A stretch of DNA of 63,397 nucleotides, filler included, from Octopus bimaculoides (GCF_001194135.2; 8 parts of 8 records of this genome joined end to end with filler, not necessarily neighbours in it); one strand, 5' to 3'; numbered from the whole stretch's first letter, positions 37,339 to 48,803 are shown. The notes: a model not told the origin generated them from the letters alone. Numbers and translations are program-made.

Positions 37339-37714
37339 NNNNNNNNNNNNNNNNNNNNNNNNNNNNNNNNNNNNNNNNNNNNNNNNNNNNNNNNNNNNNN
37401 NNNNNNNNNNNNNNNNNNNNNNNNNNNNNNNNNNNNNNNNNNNNNNNNNNNNNNNNNNNNNNNNNNNNNNNNNNNNNNNNNNNNNNNNNNNNNNNNNNNN
37501 NNNNNNNNNNNNNNNNNNNNNNNNNNNNNNNNNNNNNNNNNNNNNNNNNNNNNNNNNNNNNNNNNNNNNNNNNNNNNNNNNNNNNNNNNNNNNNNNNNNN
37601 NNNNNNNNNNNNNNNNNNNNNNNNNNNNNNNNNNNNNNNNNNNNNNNNNNNNNNNNNNNNNNNNNNNNNNNNNNNNNNNNNNNNNNNNNNNNNNNNNNNN
37701 NNNNNNNNNNNNNN

Positions 37715-37937
37715 TTCCACCACAACTTTCTCTCACTCTTACTTCCTGTTTCTGTTGTGCCTGTAATTCAAAGGGTCAGCCTTGTCACACTGTGTGTCAC
37801 GCTGAATATCCCCGAGAATTACGTTAAGGGTACACGTGTCTGTGGAGCGCTCAGCCACTTGCACGTTAATTTCACGAGCAGGCTGTTCCGTTGATCGGAT
37901 CAACTGGAACCCTCGACGTCGTAAGCGACGGAGTGCC

Positions 37938-37972
<35 letters not shown>
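37715..37972 (+). mobile_element. SINE family B, 3' part with tail type i ending in (AAC)n
   Basis: Near-identical to 54108-54335. Confidence 0.88.
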
Positions 37973-38539
37973 GAATGCGTGTATATATTTATGCATACGG
38001 AGTGTATGTGTCTGAGTCTGCGTGTGTATGTATGTGTATGTGTGTGTGTGTGTGTGCATGTATTCTATGTAGACCATTTTACTTCATTTAAGCGAGATAT
38101 TTAATCATGCGTATTTTCTATACATGGATATATACGTGATGCATTATATCTGTTTTTGATAGAGACTCCAAGACTCATAACCCCTACTAATTAATCAAGT
38201 TCAGCTTGCCCCGGGACCCCAGTAACACAAGGGCCGACCCCTCCGGCACCTCCCATGTTTCTATGTCTCAATGTCCCGTTTATATATAAAACACGAGTGG
38301 GTGCTGAAAAGATAGACAGACAGATAGATAGATGGATATATATATATAGATGGATGGATGGATAGATAGATAGATAGATCGATAGATAAATGGACATGTA
38401 TGTATACAGATGCATAATACATACATACATACGTGCGTACGTGCATAAATATTTATATACTGGCGTAGGAGAATAACCATGATTATTCTCCTTTACTGAC
38501 ATTGGAGACAAATCGTGAACAACTGCTTTGAAAATCACC

Positions 38540-38720
38540 AGCGCCGCTACCTTGATTATAAATTCACAGTTAGAACAACAATGATTATTGGAGCACCGGG
38601 TTATGTTAGTTAATATTTATGTAACAATCTGGAAAAGCTTGGCTTTCAGACAAAGAAAGTGATGAGCTAACACTTGCTTTACAAATGGAGTCCGTTGATG
38701 GAACAGTAAAATCGTAGATG
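38540..38720 (+). pseudogene. Decayed C-terminus of a restriction-like-endonuclease LINE
   Basis: QRRYLDYKFTVRTTMIIGAPGYVS*YLCNNLEKLGF, frameshift, LQMESVDGTVK resembles the IIGALG...LQ...GT end of REL LINEs. Confidence 0.45.
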
Positions 38721-39474
38721 ATTTGTGAAAACACGTCTGGCTGCTTGAACGCGTAAAACTTATCGATGTGGCTGTCTAGACTTCATCGATGAAGGATGTG
38801 TTTCTTTGTGGGAATGCAGGACCTTCTCTCTACGTCGAATTGAAATAATTTGAATAGAAATGGGGATAAAAAGCATCCTTAAGGATGTGAATTCAGGTTT
38901 TATCTTTTATAAAGCCTTTTGCCGAACCGCTAAGTTATAAATATAAATATTTATGTTCGTACGCACGTATGTATGTATGTATGTATGTATGCATGCATGT
39001 ACGTATGTATGTATGTATGTATGTATGTATGTGTGTATGTATGTATGTATGTATGTATGTATGTATGTATGTCCATTCGTGAGAATCGAACCCACACTGC
39101 GTATATATATAATTAAATAAAGGCATAGACAAGCAAACTACTTCATCAGGTCAGTCTATGATACTTATTCTGTTAAACCTGTATCAGCTGAATTGAAACT
39201 GCTTGGACTCAATGTTCATTATGTAGCTATAACATTTCCGCAATGTTAGTTAGTTACCGTTCATGTTGGAGTTTAAGCAGGAAGTCATTCTCATCACTCA
39301 TTGTCTAAATCCATTTACCTGGCGCCATCAGACATAATATTAGTTATGTATATATATATATATATATNNNNNNNNNNNNNNNNNNNNNNNNNNNNNNNNN
39401 NNNNNNNNNNNTTAATTAATTAANNNNNNNNNNNNNNNNNNNNNNNNNNNNNNNNNNNNNNNNNNNNATATATG

Positions 39475-39531
<57 letters not shown>

Positions 39532-39558
39532 ATATATATATATATATATCTATATCTA

Positions 39559-39589
<31 letters not shown>

Positions 39590-39707
39590 TCATAAATTTA
39601 TATGTATATATATATTCATATATATTGATATATATCTGTCTGTCTGCCTCTCTTTCTCTGTATGTATATATGTATGCTTATACATCTATATTCATACGTA
39701 AACTCAT

Positions 39708-39748
<41 letters not shown>

Positions 39749-40649
39749 CCATCACACATACACGCATATATGTGTGTGTGTTTTTTATATGTGTGTGAGT
39801 GTGCGCATCTATATTTTGCTTCTTTACTGAAGAGAAAAGAAACATACCAAGCCAAACTCAGAAGTAGCTGTCACTATTTTTCATATGTAATATTTTTGAC
39901 AGTACATTTCTTCAGTTCCACACTTTGTCTTATGTTAGTCATTGTAAAGTATATCTTTATCACACAATAACAACAACAACAACACCGAGAACAATAGTAC
40001 ATATGCATATAGTTGCATGTTTGCATATATATATATATANNNNNNNNNNNNNNNNNNNNNNNNNNNNNNNNNNNNNNNNNNNNNNNNNNNNNNNNNNNNN
40101 NNNNNNNNNNNNNNNNNNNNNNNNNNNNNNNNNNNNNNNNNNNNNNNNNNNNNNNNNNNNNNNNNNNNNNNNNNNTATATAGTATAAATATATTGACTTG
40201 AGGTATTCATATGTGCGTTTACACACATCAATACTTTGAAAGTCCAATGTAATTTTTGTGCATTTGTATTCATAGAAATGCATTTGTTTTTGATATGCTT
40301 TCGTTAATACATTGTTTACGCTTAAAATCTTCTTTTGTTTATAACAAATATAAATATCGCATAATGCTTGTGGTTTCATACCTGTAAGTAACCCATTCCT
40401 ACTCAGTCTTCTCCCACACACACTACATTTCTGTGTCAACGCCATCATTCTATCTTTACCTGTGACGAGGCTTTGCTTATCTATACGTCTTATTGCATTT
40501 CCTCCGAATTTGTTTTACACGAGCATTGCTTCCGCAAGTATGTAGGTATGTATATATGTACATGCGCATACGTACTTACATATTTATATACACATGCACT
40601 TATCTATTTCTGTTCATTTTTCTCTCTTCATACATGTATGTATGTATGT

Positions 40650-40702
<53 letters not shown>

Positions 40703-41386
40703 GTACGTATGTCTATTCCTTAAATATGTATATATTCACATAATCGGCCGCCATATGTACTAACAAATAAATACCTATATATTCATTTTTCTTAAATCAA
40801 ATTTCTGTTTTCTGTTGTCGTGTTGTTACTTCTGGTTTACAAAATGGGTTTTTAGAAAGAAATTAATGAAACTTACGTACATATATATCTATAGAAGGAA
40901 CTTCCTTTTGTATCGTTTATTGTTTTAAGATCTGTTCTGTTGATATCATGCCGATATCGCACATAGGTATTCTTCTAAACATAATTCATTTTATTTATTG
41001 ATGTATACAATTTACATCACTTATCCAATTCTTTTTGAACGTTCGCTCCAGTCGTCATGTTAGACCTAGTTTCGGTTCTCAGCTGGTATCATTGTAATTA
41101 ATTTTAAATTTTTAATGCCACCCAATACTAGACGGCGAATTAGCCAAAGTTCTGGAATAACGTATCTTTTCGAATCTGTGAGGAATGAGTTCAAATCTCA
41201 TCGAGATCAACATGTCTTTCATCTTTTTTGGAAGTCAAAAATTAACCGCACTTTGACTATAACATATCTTTATTACTGTCACACTGCCTTCTGCGCATGC
41301 GTGCTTATAGTTGGTACTGTTGTGGTTACATGATCTTATTTTGAGCCTGATCACGCAATTTTTCTTTCTGGCTTTACAGTGTAAGC

Positions 41387-41720
41387 ATGGCTACTCCACT
41401 AGTAATGTGTACCAAGGAAGAACAAAAAGCAGTGATCTGATTTCTCTGGTCGGAAGGTGTATCGGGTACTAAAATTCATGGGAGGCTTTTATCACAATAC
41501 AGGAACTGTGCATAAATGCGTATAAATGTGTATGAACGGATTGAGAAGTTTGAAAGTGGCCGAACAAGTGTGACACACGAAGAGAGAGTAAAAACACACG
41601 TCAACCTCTTGGCATATTTTGATAAGGTGCAGCACGTTATATTGGTTAGAAATCGATTAGATCTAACGAAGTTATGATCGATTAGAAATACGGTCAGTAA
41701 GAACGGGCTCATCTTGGAAA
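41387..41720 (+). pseudogene. mariner transposase N-terminal remnant
   Basis: MATPLVMCTKEEQKAVI*FLWSEGVSGTKIHGRL...VYERIEKFESGRTSVTHEER, a mariner HTH region with stops. Confidence 0.8.
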
Positions 41721-41837
41721 ATCAGCGACATCGGTACTACGAAGTTACTACTCACTCTCTTACTTCTTCCTCTAAGTCATTGTTCATGACGTTTTGTTAC
41801 CTCCCCTTCAAGAAAGATCATCATTATTATTATGTTA

Positions 41838-42217
41838 TTGGCATTCCGTCACTTACAACGTCGAGGGTTCCAGTTGATCCGATCAACGGAACAGCCTGCT
41901 CGTGAAATTAACGTGCAAGTGGCTGAGCACTCCAGAGACATATGTACACTTAACATAGTTCTCGGGGATATTCAGCGTGACACAGTGTGACAAGGCTGAC
42001 CCTTTGAATTACAGGTACAACAGAAACAGGAAGAAAGAGTGAGAAAAAGTTGTGGTGAAAGAGTACAGCAGGGTTCGCCACCATCCCCTGCCGGAGCCTC
42101 GTGGAGCTCTAGGTGTTTTCGCTCAATAAACACTCACAACGCCCGGTCTGGGAATCGAAACCACGATCCTATGACCGCGAGTCCACTTCCCTAACCACTG
42201 GGCCATTGCGCCTCCAC
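41838..42217 (-). mobile_element. SINE family B, full length, tail type i
   Basis: Reverse complement of 53946-54335. Confidence 0.9.
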
Positions 42218-42711
42218 ACACTGAACAGTGTACATATTATATTAGTAGTAAAGGTAATTTAACCCCAGGTACACAATCGAATATTCATTGACTAGTTTAG
42301 GACTGCCCTAACTACTGGGCCATTACGCCCCCCCCCACCATTCTTATTAATAATAACAATAATAAAAACTACTACTATTACTACTACTACTAGCACCACC
42401 ACCACCACCACCACCACTAGAATAACAACAAAAACAACAGAAATAAGGACAATTACTTCTCGTTTAATAATAGAATAAAAAATCAGTAGATAACTGTACG
42501 ATTCGAACCAAGAACCAAGACACATGACACAACATACGGTGATTTACTTAGCTGGTATATCTCTCTCTTTCTCAGACTCTAGTGTCGATACCGTTAGCAG
42601 AGAAAAAAGAGAGAGTGTGAGTGAATGGGAGACAGGAGGAGAGTGAGTGTGTGAATGAGTGAGGGAGAGGGAGCACTGTGTTATATTTGTGTCAATGCAT
42701 GTTGCTGCTAC

Positions 42712-42837
42712 CTGCTCCAATCTATAAATATATGTCAAAGATATTCTTGGTTTTGTCATGCTTGTTTCCAGTGGTTCAGTAAAAGATTTAGCTTCAGCAA
42801 GTAATTCCATAAGTATAGTATTATTGGATCCAAAAGT
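42712..42837 (-). CDS. Candidate exon (126 nt, phase 0-0), product unknown
   Basis: Acceptor GCTTTTTCAG| and weak donor CAG|GTAGCA; open frame TFGSNNTILMELLAEAKSFTEPLETSMTKPRISLTYIYRLEQ. Confidence 0.25.
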
Positions 42838-42880
42838 CTGAAAAAGCATTCTACAAGAATATATATATATATATATACAT

Positions 42881-42912
<32 letters not shown>

Positions 42913-44185
42913 GTATATATACTTATATGTATGTATATGTATATATGCATATACATACATACAAATGCAAACACAAATATATATATATATATATGTGTGT
43001 GTGTATATGTATATANNNNNNNNNNNNNNNNNNNNNNNNNNNNNNNNNNNNNNNNNNNNNNNNNNNNNNNNNNNNNNNNNNNNNNNNNNNNNNNNNNNNN
43101 NNNNNNNNNNNNNNNNNNNNNNNNNNNNNNNNNNNNNNNNNNNNNNNNNNNNNNNNNNNNNNNNNNNNNNNNNNNNNNNNNNNNNNNNNNNNNNNNNNNN
43201 NNNNNNNNNNNNNNNNNNNNNNNNNNNNNNNNNNNNNNNNNNNNNNNNNNNNNNNNNNNNNNNNNNNNNNNNNNNNNNNNNNNNNNNNNNNNNNNNNNNN
43301 NNNNNNNNNNNNNNNNNNNNNNNNNNNNNNNNNNNNNNNNNNNNNNNNNNNNNNNNNNNNNNNNNNNNNNNNNNNNNNNNNNNNNNNNNNNNNNNNNNNN
43401 NNNNNNNNNNNNNNNNNNNNNNNNNNNNNNNNNNNNNNNNNNNNNNNNNNNNNNNNNNNNNNNNNNNNNNNNNNNNNNNNNNNNNNNNNNNNNNNNNNNN
43501 NNNNNNNNNNNNNNNNTTTATATATATATAGTAGATCACGATCTTTCGCCTGTCACTGGAGCTCAACAGTCAAAAAAAGCATAACATTCCTCTATAAAGA
43601 GCAACAGATAGATAAATAAATAAATCTAAGCAGAAAATATAATTATAGGTAAGGAAATCAAGTGAAAGAAGAGAATACAACTTGTGGAGCTTCACTTGAT
43701 TGCAGTACTTTTTGTTGTTGCTGCCTTTTTTTTTATCCTGTTAAGATCTCCCACAAGAAATTCTCATCAGTGTCAGGTGCACGTCAGTCTTATGTGACAT
43801 TCTAATCAAAACGAGTTATGCATAATGGTTTTAAGTTATCTTTTTTTTTTTTGATATATTTGTATCTATAGGATTTTTTTTTTCTTCTCCAGTATAACTT
43901 ATATAAGAAGGATTTAAAAAAGACGTTTACTCTAGCGCTTCTTTTCTTGCTAAAATCTTGTGATTGCGAGCCAATACTTGTAGTTAATCATGGTGGGTAT
44001 AAACTGTAAAGCAAATCAATTAAACAATATTACTAGAATGTTGTGTATGAACTAATTGCATTAGTATTATCTGCGAATGCGTTAGTGGGAAACGTGACTG
44101 AGAATGCTTCCTGTTGACTCTGCTGAGCAACAGAACACAACTACCAGAATATAGTAGTGAAATTGAATAATCTAACATCAAAATA

Positions 44186-44340
44186 ACGTACATTATTTAC
44201 ATTATTTACCTTCGACGTATATTTGTCCCCATCTGTCTGTTGTTAACACAACGTTTCGGCTGATATACCCTCCAGCCTTCTTCAGGTGTCTTGGGGAAAT
44301 TTCGAACCTGGGTTCTCATTCCTAAGGTATTTTTCGATGT
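44186..44340 (-). mobile_element. Headless copy of the hammerhead-bearing SINE (family H)
   Basis: ACATCGAAAAATACCTTAGGAATGAGAACCCAGG...GACAAATATACGTC...AAATAATGTAAATAATGT, preceded by (AAT)n; homologous to 47336-47470. Confidence 0.85.
44245..44290 (-). ncRNA. Minimal type I hammerhead ribozyme motif (core intact)
   Basis: GACAC-CUGAAGA-A-GGCUG-GAGGGUAUAU-CAGCC-GAAA-CGUU-GUGUU: 5-bp stem I, CUGANGA, 5-bp stem II, GAAA, palindromic ACGU helix III and GUU triplet. Confidence 0.7.
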
Positions 44341-44351
44341 TGTTGTTGTTG

Positions 44352-44417
<66 letters not shown>

Positions 44418-44489
44418 TTTAAAAAGGATTGACGTAACTCTTCACGAAGGTAAATAGTCAAGACGAAGAGCGCGATTCGATTGTATAGA

Positions 44490-44651
44490 TATTTTATTCG
44501 TTGAACAATATTTCAGCAGTACGTCTGGCTTTGTGGCTGCTCTCGTTCATACTTTACGTTTAAATTTCTGAAATTTTGAATTTTTATTCACCTCTTGTTT
44601 TAAACTTGACAAAGACAGCGGTACCGTTGAAATATTGTTAAACGAATAAAA

Positions 44652-44653
<2 letters not shown>
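44490..44653. repeat. Inverted repeat with ~45-bp arms (44490-44534, 44609-44653)
   Basis: TATTTTATTCGTTGAACAATATTTCAGCAGTACGTCTGGCTTTGT versus the reverse complement of the right arm, TATTTTATTCGTTTAACAATATTTCAACGGTACCGCTGTCTTTGT. Confidence 0.75.
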
Positions 44654-44712
<59 letters not shown>

Positions 44713-44989
44713 AAAAGAAAACAGAAACGTACATCTTTATGTTGTACTTTAAAAAAACCCCAGAAAAGTCTAAAGAAAGTGAAAAAAAAATCACCAACGA
44801 AACGTATGCAGTTACATTGATGAAGTCAGCGTATACTATTTTGGGATAAATACCTATAATCCACGAGAGAATAAAAAACACAACACATACTAAAAACTGG
44901 TCAAAGACTACAAATATGTACAAAGGATTCAAATAGAGAAGAGAATGTAAGAAAATAATACAATCGAAAGCACAATATTTTCATTCATG

Positions 44990-45151
44990 TACGAGTGGCT
45001 GTCCGGTAATTAGCTTCCTTACGAACCACATGGTTCCAGGTTCAGTCCCACTGCGTGGCACCTTGGCCAAGTGTCTTCTACTATAGCCTCAGGCTGACCA
45101 AAGCCTTGTGAGTTGATTTGGTAGACGGAAAACTGAAAGAAGCCCGTCGTA

Positions 45152-45198
<47 letters not shown>

Positions 45199-45296
45199 TT
45201 GTGTGTCTGTGTTTGTCCCCTCCAACGGCGCTTGACAACAGATGCTGGTGTGTTTATGTCCCCGTAACTTAGCGGTTCGGCAGAAGAGATCGATAG
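44990..45296 (+). mobile_element. SINE family A, truncated by gap
   Basis: Homology to 20226-20625. Confidence 0.88.
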
Positions 45297-46359
45297 ANNN
45301 NNNNNNNNNNNNNNNNNNNNNNNNNNNNNNNNNNNNNNNNNNNNNNNNNNNNNNNNNNNNNNNNNNNNNNNNNNNNNNNNNNNNNNNNNNNNNNNNNNNN
45401 NNNNNNNNNNNNNNNNNNNNNNNNNNNNNNNNNNNNNNNNNNNNNNNNNNNNNNNNNNNNNNNNNNNNNNNNNNNNNNNNNNNNNNNNNNNNNNNNNNNN
45501 NNNNNNNNNNNNNNNNNNNNNNNNNNNNNNNNNNNNNNNNNNNNNNNNNNNNNNNNNNNNNNNNNNNNNNNNNNNNNNNNNNNNNNNNNNNNNNNNNNNN
45601 NNNNNNNNNNNNNNNNNNNNNNNNNNNNNNNNNNNNNNNNNNNNNNNNNNNNNNNNNNNNNNNNNNNNNNNNNNNNNNNNNNNNNNNNNNNNNNNNNNNN
45701 NNNNNNNNNNNNNNNNNNNNNNNNNNNNNNNNNNNNNNNNNNNNNNNNNNNNNNNNNNNNNNNNNNNNNNNNNNNNNNNNNNNNNNNNNNNNNNNNNNNN
45801 NNNNNNNNNNNNNNNNNNNNNNNNNNNNNNNNNNNNNNNNNNNNNNNNNNNNNNNNNNNNNNNNNNNNNNNNNNNNNNNNNNNNNNNNNNNNNNNNNNNN
45901 NNNNNNNNNNNNNNNNNNNNNNNNNNNNNNNNNNNNNNNNNNNNNNNNNNNNNNNNNNNNNNNNNNNNNNNNNNNNNNNNNNNNNNNNNNNNNNNNNNNN
46001 NNNNNNNNNNNNNNNNNNNNNNNNNNNNNNNNNNNNNNNNNNNNNNNNNNNNNNNNNNNNNNNNNNNNNNNNNNNNNNNNNNNNNNNNNNNNNNNNNNNN
46101 NNNNNNNNNNNNNNNNNNNNNNNNNNNNNNNNNNNNNNNNNNNNNNNNNNNNNNNNNNNNNNNNNNNNNNNNNNNNNNNNNNNNNNNNNNNNNNNNNNNN
46201 NNNNNNNNNNNNNNNNNNNNNNNNNNNNNNNNNNNNNNNNNNNNAGTAACGGTTTTTTTGTTATATTTCTGCTGCTTTTAAATAAAGCATATTACTCTAC
46301 CTCTGGTATTTGAGTACTCTCTTTTCCACCTTCTTGCACATTTCATGTGCTTACTCCGG

Positions 46360-46392
<33 letters not shown>

Positions 46393-47179
46393 GTATATAT
46401 ATGTATGTATGTTAATATGGACCAGTGGGAGTGAGTGATCAACACCGTATTGGGGGGATAAAGATTCTGTATTTATGGGTTAAGGCCACAATTGGTTTCA
46501 TGTTAAGGGAAATCCGTTAAGAGTTAACATGACTATCATATGAAACATCGGTGTTCGTGTCCCTTTTGGGGAAAACCGCTGTTCCATGTGATAGGCTTGA
46601 TAATTGTTAAGGGACATCCCTCAACATGAAAGCAATGGTAGACTGAACCCATAAAGAAATACACTCACACACACACACACACACAGACACAGACACACAC
46701 ACACACACACACACACATACACACACACACACATATGTATGCATAAACACACACACACGCACACATACAATGACAGATGAGTCGAAAGAATTGTCGTGAT
46801 TAATGATAAATTCTCGTATATTCCATCTTCTGTCTTTCATTTATATATAAAAAAAAGCAACAAAAATATCACAAAATCTGTTTATCAGAGTTTCATGTTC
46901 TTGTTCATCGGACAGTTTTGTTTAGAATGCAGCAAGATAAAGTTACATGCAGAAATATAATTGCTTTGATAGATACACATTTGTAAAGGGTTTGTTTCAT
47001 TGGTCTTTTCAATAACCGGTTGCATGAAATACCAAATTGCAGTTTAAACTATATTATTTTAAAAATCGAAGAAAACCTTAAATCAAAGATGGCCTATGAA
47101 GAAGGTAAAAGGCCTGAATACCCAGGGTAAATAATTAGCTGTAAAAATAATAATAAATTAATGAATTAAAAAATATATA

Positions 47180-47320
47180 CGTTTACTCTTTTACTCTTTT
47201 ACTTGTTTCAATCATTTGACTGCAGCCATGCTGGAGCACCGCCTTTATTCGCGCAAATCGACCCCAGAACTTATTCTTTGGAAGCATAGAACTTATCCTA
47301 TCGGTCTCTTTTGCCGAACC
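47180..47320 (-). mobile_element. SINE family A, 3' part
   Basis: Minus strand GGCGGTGCTCCAGCATGGCTGCAGTCAAATGATTGAAACAAGTAAAAGAGTAAAAGAG. Confidence 0.85.
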
Positions 47321-47335
47321 CCGTCGTATATAGAT

Positions 47336-47485
47336 ACATTATTTACATTTGACGGATATTTGTCCTCATCTTGTTGTCAACACAACGTTTCGGCTGAAAC
47401 GTTCATCTAGCCTTCATCAGGTGTCTTGGCAAATTTCGAGCCTTGGTTCTCATTCCTAAAGTATCTTTTGATGTTATTATTATTA

Positions 47486-47517
<32 letters not shown>

Positions 47518-47597
47518 GTTATTCAGGTCACTGCTTGGAATTGAACTCGAGATCTTGGAGTTAGTAGCCGGCGCTCTTAACCATTACGCCATATGCC
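47336..47597 (-). mobile_element. tRNA-headed SINE family H carrying a hammerhead motif, full length
   Basis: Head GGCATATGGCGTAATGGTTAAGAGCG...GAGTTCAATTCCAAGC (A and B boxes), (AAT)n linker, hammerhead module and ATGTAAATAATGT tail. Confidence 0.85.
47379..47425 (-). ncRNA. Minimal type I hammerhead ribozyme motif (core intact)
   Basis: GACAC-CUGAUGA-A-GGCU-AGAUGAACGUUUC-AGCC-GAAA-CGUU-GUGUU. Confidence 0.7.
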
Positions 47598-47600
47598 AAT

Positions 47601-47604
47601 GGGC

Positions 47605-47673
<69 letters not shown>

Positions 47674-47858
47674 TCGAAAAATACCTTAGGGAGGAGAACC
47701 CATGTTGAAATTTCCCCCAAGACACCAAATGAATGCTGGAGCGTATATCAGCCGAAACGTGGTGTTAAAAACAAACAGGATGAGGACAAATATCCGTCAA
47801 ATGTAAATAATGTAAATAATGTACATAATTTCTCATCTCTTAAATATAGAACTGTATT
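47601..47858 (+). mobile_element. Family H copy lacking most of the tRNA head, hammerhead core mutated
   Basis: GGGCAT joined directly to (AAT)n. At 47721-47766 the core reads CAAAUGA instead of CUGAUGA and position 17 is G. Confidence 0.8.
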
Positions 47859-47920
47859 ATGTATATACATATATATNNNNNNNNNNNNNNNNNNNNNNNN
47901 NNNNNNNNNNNNNNNNNNNN

Positions 47921-47989
<69 letters not shown>

Positions 47990-47990
<1 letters not shown>

Positions 47991-48200
47991 CACGTTTGTG
48001 TGTCTGTGTTTGTACCCCCACCATTGCTTGACAACAGATATTGGTGTGTTATGTCCCCGTAACTTAGCGGTTCGGCAAAAAGCTGCCGGTAGAACAAGTA
48101 CTAGTCTTCCAAAGAATAAATCCTGAGGTGATTTGTTCGACTAATGGTGGTGATCCAGCATTGCCACAGTCAATTGACTGAAACAAATACAAGAATAGAA
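47990..48200 (+). mobile_element. SINE family A, 3' half
   Basis: Homology to 20420-20625. Confidence 0.8.
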
Positions 48201-48652
48201 GAATATACACATATATGTATACATACATACATACAAGCATTCTATCCAGTAAGCTAATGACTCTATCACTTCAATACCTTACTTATAGAACTGTATTCTA
48301 TTAAATACTCCTAAGTTCTAAAAATATTATTCTTGATGTGTGTGTGTGCATGCGTGTGTGTGGGTTTGCGGGTACAGGCGCCCACGTGTGCACAATTTTA
48401 TACGATTTCCTGCTGTTCATTCAGAGGAGATTAAATTGCCAGAACATATAATTATATTACGACTGATGTTAAAAAGGTGCATTAGTGATTGAGTATGCGA
48501 TTTTGCAGTCAATTACTACATGTACCTTGTAAGGAAAGGATACGTCCCTTAAATCGTAATAGTCTCTCTACAATCAACGCGTATTTGTAATTTTGTGAAG
48601 CATCTGTGAATAACTTATCTGTGGTGTCTTCTCTTTTGATATATTTTCACAG

Positions 48653-48750
48653 CGGCAACTGTTGCAAGGGCAAGCGAACTCAACTCTAATATACAATATC
48701 AGTTATTTCTTCGAATGTCCACTTGTCAGAACAGCCAATATACATTACGG
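48653..48750 (+). CDS. Candidate internal exon (98 nt), product unknown
   Basis: Acceptor CTTCTCTTTTGATATATTTTCACAG| and donor CGG|GTGAGT. Open frames ATVARASELNSNIQYQLFLRMSTCQNSQYTLR or RQLLQGQANSTLIYNISYFFECPLVRTANIHY. Confidence 0.45.
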
Positions 48751-48756
48751 GTGAGT

Positions 48757-48803
<47 letters not shown>

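Noticed and set aside
43746-43800. F-box-like DLPQEILISV
   Set aside because: Too short, the motif does not continue, and the donor is poor.
47525-47597. tRNA gene
   Set aside because: It has A and B boxes but no complete cloverleaf or acceptor stem, and continues into a SINE body. The same applies to the heads of families A, B, C and M.
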